DNA from: a virus
Lineage: Duplodnaviria; Caudoviricetes
DNA: 38,342 bases
Direction: 5' to 3' (one strand)
Virus record (IMG/VR): IMGVR_UViG_3300043414_000577
Span: 1 to 38,342 of that record
The notes beneath the pieces are model-generated. The model was not told where the DNA came from and ran no database searches. It worked only from the letters and a program-made list of their open reading frames with translations. The position numbers were made by a program, and so were the translations under genes. Below are positions 31,936 to 38,342 of this stretch, piece by piece (position 1 is the first letter of the stretch; the number at the start of each line of letters is the position of its first letter).

Positions 31936-32994
31936 TTATATTCTGCTTCCAGATTCTCTCAGTGACTGTGGAGATACTTTAATAAATCTACAGTCCTCTC
32001 TGAAAGATTTTAGCGTAGGTGACCCACAATAGGACATTCCGCTTTTAACATTATTAATTATTTGTGCAATAGTCAACTCTACAGGGCCTTTATTTTCTAG
32101 ATAAGCTGAGACTCCTTCTATATGCAAAGCATTTAGTGGTGGTCTTTCTCCTGTATCTTTATCTAACTGTATTCCTTCTGATGCAAGTCCTCTAAATAAA
32201 AATTTACCATCTGTCATTCCGTCACACTCTTCATGACCTGCAAATGCGGTTCCCATCATTACTGCACTTGCTCCACCTGCAAGAGCCTTTACGATATCTC
32301 CGTTATTTTTAATTCCGCCATCAGAAACTATTCCATTTACCTCATCTGTCTTTACATTTTGGTAAATGTCCATAATTGATCCTAGCACTGGAGTTCCAAA
32401 TCCAGTTACAATTCTTGTTGTGCATGCCGCACCTCCGCCTATACCAACTCTTACAGAGTCAGCGCCTGCATCCATCAGGTCCTTGTAAGCATCGTATGAA
32501 GAAACGTTACCACTCATTATGTGTATGTAATTTGGAAGAAGGGCCCTTAATCTTTTTACTGCATTTACTGCCATGTCCGTGTGTCCGTATGCAGTGTCTA
32601 TTAATATAATCTTACACCCAGTAGCAAGAACCTGCTCAATAAGATCTTTATCCTCTGCTTCTGCGTTATTTACAGAAAATCCTAATCTATCAGTCCATTT
32701 AGATTCTGAAACAATTTGTTTGTATTGTGCAATTCTATCTTCTTTTGATTGAAATCTTTGTACAAAAGCAAGCCCACCATTATCTAAAACCTTTTTAATC
32801 ATGTTGGTGCTACTAATAAACTCCATTGGAGCTAAAACAAATGCGTTGTCAAGGTGTACCCAGGCTGCTGGGTTATTTGGATTTCCTATGGTAGATGTAA
32901 ACTGTATATCAGACCTACTAACAACACCAGACTTTTTTGGTACAAGAAGTATATCGTCAAAACACAAAGGGCTAGTGATGGGATCTAATTGCAT
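31936..32994 (-). CDS. IMP dehydrogenase / GMP reductase family protein (no CBS domains)
   Basis: FDDILLVP, DTAYGH, RVGIGGGAACTTR, SDGGIK..GDIVKALA.GA..VMMG and EGV motifs. Confidence 0.92.
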   Translation of the reverse strand: MQLDPITSPLCFDDILLVPKKSGVVSRSDIQFTSTIGNPNNPAAWVHLDNAFVLAPMEFISSTNMIKKVLDNGGLAFVQRFQSKEDRIAQYKQIVSESKWTDRLGFSVNNAEAEDKDLIEQVLATGCKIILIDTAYGHTDMAVNAVKRLRALLPNYIHIMSGNVSSYDAYKDLMDAGADSVRVGIGGGAACTTRIVTGFGTPVLGSIMDIYQNVKTDEVNGIVSDGGIKNNGDIVKALAGGASAVMMGTAFAGHEECDGMTDGKFLFRGLASEGIQLDKDTGERPPLNALHIEGVSAYLENKGPVELTIAQIINNVKSGMSYCGSPTLKSFREDCRFIKVSPQSLRESGSRI

Positions 32995-32996
32995 AT

Positions 32997-33467
32997 TTAA
33001 TCCTTAAGAGACTTCCAAGGATTGGGTGGGAGTTTTAAGCTTGACTCTAGCATCCAATTCCACTCTTGATGTTTCTTTAACAATTCTGATAAGTGTTGAA
33101 CAAGTGCCCACTCTTTACTTGCTATTGCTTGATCTGTAACAACCCTAATCTCTTCAATCATTCTTTTATTGATTGGAACAAGATGTATTGCCATCTCAAC
33201 ACCACAGTAGGTGTCTGGCTTAACATTACCTAGTGTTTGTGATGCAGATATATCTTCAATAGTATATAAGGCTTCTCCGCCAAATCTACGTATCCATAGA
33301 GATGTTTCCATAAGTAGTCTATCTGACTCTAGGTATATCTCTTTGTATACAATCTGTGACTGTCTCATTAAAACAGACTCTGTATTTAAATAGAAACCCT
33401 TTACAAGGTTTGAATATATAAATGAATTTGACTGTAATTCCTGTAGTGAGTTAATTAATTGTTTCAT
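32997..33467 (-). CDS. Dps/ferritin-like protein with degenerate ferroxidase centre
   Basis: Dps length and helix pattern, IRRFGG and H.EWNWMLES motifs; iron ligands appear substituted. Confidence 0.65.
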   Translation of the reverse strand: MKQLINSLQELQSNSFIYSNLVKGFYLNTESVLMRQSQIVYKEIYLESDRLLMETSLWIRRFGGEALYTIEDISASQTLGNVKPDTYCGVEMAIHLVPINKRMIEEIRVVTDQAIASKEWALVQHLSELLKKHQEWNWMLESSLKLPPNPWKSLKD

Positions 33468-33503
33468 AATCTCAGTATACCATTTTCTTAGCCACGGTGG
33501 TTC

Positions 33504-34367
33504 CTATGAGCCGCTCTTAGATATTAATGGCTGTCCCCAAGGTGTTGCTTTGCCAAATTGTCCCTGAAGAGTTCTTTGATTTTCTACAAATCCTCCGCTT
33601 ACTGAATGAGCTAGTTTGTATAAATCTGGAACCGCAAGGTCTCCTTCTTGCCATTTATGAACCATTCGAATTTCTTCATTTGTCCATACCTCTTTACAAA
33701 TCCATTGAATTAAACGATTAAAATTACTTCTTTCTTCATTAGTTGGTTCACGGCCATCAAATTTTTCTAAAGATACAAACTCTGGAACTTGTGAGGCAAG
33801 GTGTACTCTTAATGTTTTTTCTCCAGTTATTGGGTGGGTATTTACTGTATTAAAAGATTGTTTAATTTCTTTAAGAGTCTGCTTATCTTCTTTATCGTAG
33901 GTTGCCTCAATAACTGTCAAATAAGTTATGCACTTATCTAAAAATTCTTGATCCTCTTTGTTTAAATTAGCATACATTTTTGTCATATCCATAAAGTATG
34001 TGTGGCCTGAATCTTCTGGGCAGTTAAACTTTTCCATTCTCCAGGTGGCGCCACGGAAGGCATCGTTTTCATTCTCTACGTGCTCTGTATGCCAGTTTAA
34101 CATAAGCTGGTCTTTTGTAGCATACCTTCCATTTACCATGTGCTTATGATGGTCTTCTATGTAATCAGATGGACTACGGTTTGAAGAATTTGGATACCAA
34201 CCTAGGGTATCTCCAAAAAACTCCATAAGGTCTGTCTGCTGCTCTTTATTTAAATTAGCATTTCTAAATACAATAATCTTGTCTTTTAGAAAAAGATCTT
34301 TGTACTTTTCTGGATTAGACTTAATTTCTTCAATAGACGTAAACTCTGTTGTTTTAACGAGTATCAT
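33504..34367 (-). CDS. TauD/TfdA-family dioxygenase
   Basis: IVFRNANL, WHTE, GHTYF.DM..MY..L, HPITGEK.L and HKWQEGDL...H motifs. Confidence 0.88.
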   Translation of the reverse strand: MILVKTTEFTSIEEIKSNPEKYKDLFLKDKIIVFRNANLNKEQQTDLMEFFGDTLGWYPNSSNRSPSDYIEDHHKHMVNGRYATKDQLMLNWHTEHVENENDAFRGATWRMEKFNCPEDSGHTYFMDMTKMYANLNKEDQEFLDKCITYLTVIEATYDKEDKQTLKEIKQSFNTVNTHPITGEKTLRVHLASQVPEFVSLEKFDGREPTNEERSNFNRLIQWICKEVWTNEEIRMVHKWQEGDLAVPDLYKLAHSVSGGFVENQRTLQGQFGKATPWGQPLISKSGS

Positions 34368-34383
34368 TGGGTTCCCGATTTCT

Positions 34384-35079
34384 TTAGTTGATTGCTTGGT
34401 ATGCCGTAGCAGTTGTTGAGGGCATGACTTTGCCTTCAGACCATTCTTCTTTTTGCTTATCTTGATTTTCTTTTATTGAGTTTTTAATTTTTTCAAAGTC
34501 TTGCTCATACGATGAATCTGCATAGTCATAAGATCCTAGCATGGTGTATCTATGACCAGACAGAACTTCTGTGACCGCATGTACATTTTTAATTCCTACA
34601 TCAAAAACTATAAAAGATCCAGTCTCTGGTTTAAATGCTAGTCCGTGATCTCTAAAGGTTAGAAGACCGCCTTCAAAATCATCATTAAGGTAAATCATTG
34701 TAACAAATTTATTTTCTTGCCATGCGTTGGGTGTTCCGTCAAGCTCTGCATTGTCTGCGTGGTCTCCTGCAAATGCTCCTGGATCCCACCTATGTGCACT
34801 CAAGCTAATCTGTCTAAGTTTTGAATTAAAAACTTTTTCTGCAAGATCTTGTGATTTTAATTGAATTTGTCTAAGCTCATGCCCGCCCCTAGGAGAATTT
34901 GGTTTCTTTCCAGAAATAACATAGGAATTATAAAAACAAGAAACTGCCCAGTCGTCTAGGCTATTCCAATATTTTATTATGCTAGCACACTCTTCTTTAG
35001 TTAATACATTTTTGTATTCAACTATATCAGGTCTATGCACAATCTCTTCCATATTTTTTGGATATTTAAATGATTCCAT
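34384..35079 (-). CDS. 2OG-Fe(II) oxygenase (prolyl 4-hydroxylase-like)
   Basis: HAD...YLNDDFEGG...HAVTEVLSGHRY. Confidence 0.9.
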   Translation of the reverse strand: MESFKYPKNMEEIVHRPDIVEYKNVLTKEECASIIKYWNSLDDWAVSCFYNSYVISGKKPNSPRGGHELRQIQLKSQDLAEKVFNSKLRQISLSAHRWDPGAFAGDHADNAELDGTPNAWQENKFVTMIYLNDDFEGGLLTFRDHGLAFKPETGSFIVFDVGIKNVHAVTEVLSGHRYTMLGSYDYADSSYEQDFEKIKNSIKENQDKQKEEWSEGKVMPSTTATAYQAIN

Positions 35080-35131
35080 ATATTGATTATACCATTTCTT
35101 AGTTTTATTAGATAGCGGCTTATTCTCATAG

Positions 35132-35203
35132 TACCCCTGGCAGGAATCGAACCTGCGGCCAACAGATTAGAAGTCTGTTGCTCTTCCGCTGAGCTACAGA
35201 GGT
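35132..35203 (-). tRNA. tRNA-Arg(TCT)
   Basis: Acceptor ACCTCTG/CAGGGGT, anticodon arm ACAGA-CTTCTAA-TCTGT, GCAGG-TTCGATT-CCTGC. Confidence 0.92.
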
Positions 35204-35204
35204 G

Positions 35205-35278
35205 TGCGACAGGTAGGACTCGAACCTACGATTACCGAATTATGAGTTCGGGGCTTTAACCAACTAAGCTACTGGCGC
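35205..35278 (-). tRNA. tRNA with CAT anticodon (elongator Met or Ile2)
   Basis: Acceptor GCGCCAG/CTGTCGC (one mismatch), CCGAA-CTCATAA-TTCGG; paired 1:72 and no GGG/CCC stem, so not initiator. Confidence 0.88.
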
Positions 35279-35299
35279 TAATTTATTAGTATATATTTT

Positions 35300-35536
35300 T
35301 TAGCTGGTTTTGTCAATAGAGTTTTCTACTATTTGCTGAACATATTCTGAAAAATGTTTTCTTATAGAGCCCATCGGCCTTGATCCATATGAATCCCATA
35401 TTCTTTTATATTCAAGGATATTTGCAAATGTGGTTGGGCACACAACAGTGTTGTTGTATTCCCTCATAACGGTAGGTAGTGGAACGTGTTTACTGCAACA
35501 CTTACACTCTTTTGCTCTTTCTTGATATTCGCTCAT
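35300..35536 (-). CDS. Small zinc-binding hypothetical protein (CKCC...CPTT)
   Basis: Overlaps the terminase stop. Confidence 0.75.
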   Translation of the reverse strand: MSEYQERAKECKCCSKHVPLPTVMREYNNTVVCPTTFANILEYKRIWDSYGSRPMGSIRKHFSEYVQQIVENSIDKTS

Positions 35537-37335
35537 ATTATTTGCATCCTGTCCATTGCTTCTTTTAAGTCTTCAGGCATTCTAGGTGCTCTGATCATAT
35601 TATAAGATGTTGTATCTGGGTCATCTTTTGTCCCAAAATCATTGTCATAGTTCATTGACTCGTATGTATGTATATTTATTTCTTGATTATTATCAAACCT
35701 AGTTCTACTAATTGAATTAAAGATAGCACCACAAGTAGCATCTGCCAAGTCTTTAGATCCTTTTCTTGGGTGGTCCACCTTGTCTCTCATAATTCTAAGC
35801 TGGCATAGTTCATCAATAAGCAATGGTATGTGTGGGCCTATTAGTCTTTCTTCCGCCACAATCATTGCCATGTCGTCGTAGTGTTTTTTAGCGACAGACA
35901 GAATCTCTGTATTGATGCCGTATTGTTTTAGTTGTTGCATCATATCATGAGAGTTCCATCTGTCAAAGGTACATACTGCTATATTAAATCCCCTTGTTTT
36001 AAGAGAAAGAATATAGTCTTTTACTTCAGTAAAATCAACAGATTTGTCAGGTGTTGGAGTCCAGTACCTAACCGCATCAACTTCCACTATAGGGGCTGGC
36101 TGTGAATAGGCGTCTGTTATTTTAACATTAACCCATTTATTAACATGTGCCATTGTTACTGCACAGTGGTCATGCTTTTGAGCTAAGTCTACGTGTATAT
36201 AATATTTTTTATCTGGGTCTGGCAAGAACCACTCTTCAAGTCTTCCAAAGCCATCTACAGCAATTGCACCTATGCTAAATGCTTTTTCTACTTTTTCTCT
36301 TGATTTAAAGAATGCGTCAACTGCATCTGGTGGCATGCAAGCAAATCTTGAAAGAGCATCTGTCGGGTTTGTATAGAATGCTGTTTTGAAGTCATCAATT
36401 TTTCTAACTGGGTTGACCTCCCAAGTCGGACGCTTAAGCGCATAAACTTTAGGTATCTTGTAAGATATGATATGGTCTTCTTCCCACTGAATCTCAAACT
36501 CATTTCCTTCAGTTCCATCTGCCAACTCCTCGTACATCTTAAATTTATGATCTCTAATGACTGTTTCTTTTTCTCCAATTACAGCATCGTATCTTTGCTG
36601 AATGTAGTCATTTTTAAATCTTGGAAATGAAAGAAGAATTACTTTTCCAAAGTCTGGGAAACGAGAGTCTACTGATGCCCTATACATATCATACACCGCA
36701 CTACCTGTTTTTGCTTGATCGTGTCCTGTTGTATTTTCAATTGCAAAGCCAGAAATTTCATCAAGGATAACAACTATTACGTTATAGCCTTCCCAAGCTT
36801 CACGCTCAGAGTGGCCAGAGTGAACGGTGATCGCTTTATTAAACTGTATCTCGGATGCCTTTGAATAGTACTTTCCTATAAACCAAGGCGACTTATCTAT
36901 TCTGCTTCTAAATCCCTTAAAGAATACATTGCTTGCTTGCTGTGAGTTAATAGCAATATTAATAATATCAATTGAATCTCCTGGAGGCTTGCCATAGTAA
37001 GTTGCTGGATCCTTTAGGCATAATAGTAAATATACTATATAGGCTACAGCAATTGTTGAACAGTAATCTTTTCCAGAACCTTTGCCGAGCTGGGCTACTA
37101 CTTCGTTAGCCGTTTGCTTAAATCTAGTATGGCCCTCTTCTTCTCCGAACAATTTTTTTAATGTCGACTCTTTATATATCTGTGAACTTTTTTCAATTAA
37201 AGTGTATTGATATTCTGAAAGTGCTGGAAGACCTAAGTAGTTTGGATCATTGACAAATGTACGTAAGTCTACAGGCTTTTCTTCAAACTCTTCGCCGTCA
37301 AGGATATCAATTAGATCAGAAAAATCAAATGACAT
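35533..37335 (-). CDS. terL: Terminase large subunit
   Basis: Walker A GKGSGKD, Walker B VVILDE, coupling LSFP, nuclease HVDLA...D and DHP..GSKDLADA. Confidence 0.93.
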   Translation of the reverse strand: MSFDFSDLIDILDGEEFEEKPVDLRTFVNDPNYLGLPALSEYQYTLIEKSSQIYKESTLKKLFGEEEGHTRFKQTANEVVAQLGKGSGKDYCSTIAVAYIVYLLLCLKDPATYYGKPPGDSIDIINIAINSQQASNVFFKGFRSRIDKSPWFIGKYYSKASEIQFNKAITVHSGHSEREAWEGYNVIVVILDEISGFAIENTTGHDQAKTGSAVYDMYRASVDSRFPDFGKVILLSFPRFKNDYIQQRYDAVIGEKETVIRDHKFKMYEELADGTEGNEFEIQWEEDHIISYKIPKVYALKRPTWEVNPVRKIDDFKTAFYTNPTDALSRFACMPPDAVDAFFKSREKVEKAFSIGAIAVDGFGRLEEWFLPDPDKKYYIHVDLAQKHDHCAVTMAHVNKWVNVKITDAYSQPAPIVEVDAVRYWTPTPDKSVDFTEVKDYILSLKTRGFNIAVCTFDRWNSHDMMQQLKQYGINTEILSVAKKHYDDMAMIVAEERLIGPHIPLLIDELCQLRIMRDKVDHPRKGSKDLADATCGAIFNSISRTRFDNNQEINIHTYESMNYDNDFGTKDDPDTTSYNMIRAPRMPEDLKEAMDRMQII

Positions 37336-37922
37336 TAAATCCCTTTCGGTACTTTTATATAGTTAAATAAATTATTTGAATGTGAATATCTAACATCACT
37401 CTTTAATTCATCTACTCCGTGAAGACAATGTTCTTCTGAGCTATGTATTACTAAATCACCTCTTTTAGGTTGATACTCTACGCCTTGATTTGGATAAAAC
37501 AATCTTCCTCCATCAAAGTCATTAAAGTACATTACGAGACCCCATATATTATTTTTTTCTAAGGTGTACTCTTGTCCTTCAGTATAAAGTTTGCTTGCTG
37601 CTATTAAGTCTAAGAAGTCATGGTTATCTGAATGTAATCCCCAGGTAGCACCTTTTCTCATACGAACAATACTAATGTTTTCTGCTAGGTGTATTCCTTC
37701 TTCTAGCTTGTCAGACAGTCTCTTTTTTATTGGAACTAGTTGGTCTATAGATCTATTAGATGTCTTATGACCTTCTCCTGTAGTATTAAATCTTCCAACC
37801 CACTCTTCTTCTGTAAGGGACTTGGCAATATCTAGAATAGAATCGCATTCTTCTTCTGTAATAAAATTGTGATACACATATATGTCTTCGCCTAGTTTCT
37901 CAAATCCATCTTTATTGAACAT
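37335..37922 (-). CDS. 2OG-Fe(II) oxygenase (prolyl 4-hydroxylase-like)
   Basis: HSD...YFNDFDGG.L.YP...HGVDELKSDVRY. Confidence 0.9.
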   Translation of the reverse strand: MFNKDGFEKLGEDIYVYHNFITEEECDSILDIAKSLTEEEWVGRFNTTGEGHKTSNRSIDQLVPIKKRLSDKLEEGIHLAENISIVRMRKGATWGLHSDNHDFLDLIAASKLYTEGQEYTLEKNNIWGLVMYFNDFDGGRLFYPNQGVEYQPKRGDLVIHSSEEHCLHGVDELKSDVRYSHSNNLFNYIKVPKGI

Positions 37923-38340
37923 TGTTTACAACCTCTGCATCTATATACACAGGCTCTACTATTCCAGTTATTTGAGACAATCTCTTTGCAACATCCATCT
38001 TGCACTTAGGACACCCTGCGGTAACTTCTTTAAGTATGCCTACAAGGATCTCTTGCTTTCTTTCAGTCTCTGCAAGCTGTGATGCAATTTCTGTATTCTC
38101 TAATACTCCTACTGATTGAAGCATTGCTATTCTTTTTGTTTCAATATCTGCTATAAGCTTTAAGGCTCCCGCCTTAACATTTAGTTGACCTTGGGTATCT
38201 GCGTCCTCTACGGTCTTCCAGGCCTCTTTGATGAGCATTGCGTAGTGTTGATCAGCTCCAGAAATTGCCTCTCTTGCACGGTCACGAATATTGCTATCGT
38301 TATGCACAACGGACTTCCACTCGTCTAGGTACTCTAGGAC
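37912..38340 (-). CDS. Helical protein upstream of terminase, possible small terminase subunit (5'-truncated)
   Basis: Frame is open to the window end; C-terminal CPKC; position near terL. Confidence 0.6.
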   Translation of the reverse strand, partial: VLEYLDEWKSVVHNDSNIRDRAREAISGADQHYAMLIKEAWKTVEDADTQGQLNVKAGALKLIADIETKRIAMLQSVGVLENTEIASQLAETERKQEILVGILKEVTAGCPKCKMDVAKRLSQITGIVEPVYIDAEVVNNVQ

Positions 38341-38342
38341 TT

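Noticed and set aside
35533-37335. Intein or intron in terL
   Set aside because: The 600-aa ORF is continuous with ordinary motif spacing and no obvious splicing or homing-endonuclease motifs.

Overview
AT-rich segment of a large tailed phage genome that probably infects Actinobacteria. Support: terminase large subunit, CHAP endolysin, WhiB, Lsr2-like and gp88-like genes, many leaderless promoters and five tRNAs; a low-GC freshwater actinobacterial host is an inference. The window has two convergent arms. Bases 1-9007 (+) are short early-type genes organised into modules. The modules are marked by nine TGTCAG-N10-TAnnnT promoters, eight same-orientation copies of a fixed-spacing tripartite element (AGGG-N13-TTACG-N15-CYCCTGRA), helically phased CRP-like sites, perfect DnaA boxes, a tRNA-Asp and a promoter/terminator-bounded ~160-nt structured ncRNA. 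A ~550-bp non-coding junction (9008-9553) carries DnaA boxes, an MraZ-type GTGGAG triple repeat and several operator-like palindromes. Bases 9554-38342 (-) hold terminase, lysis and surface-protein genes plus many auxiliary enzymes: five P4H-like 2OG-Fe(II) oxygenases, TauD, three sulfotransferase-like proteins, an APS kinase/nucleotidyltransferase fusion, a PLP trans-sulfuration enzyme, glutathione peroxidase, thioredoxin, IMPDH/GMP reductase, a degenerate Dps, and a radical SAM/SPASM enzyme followed by a run of MCxxCG Cys-rich micropeptides. Family calls come from motif recognition by eye; no database search was run.
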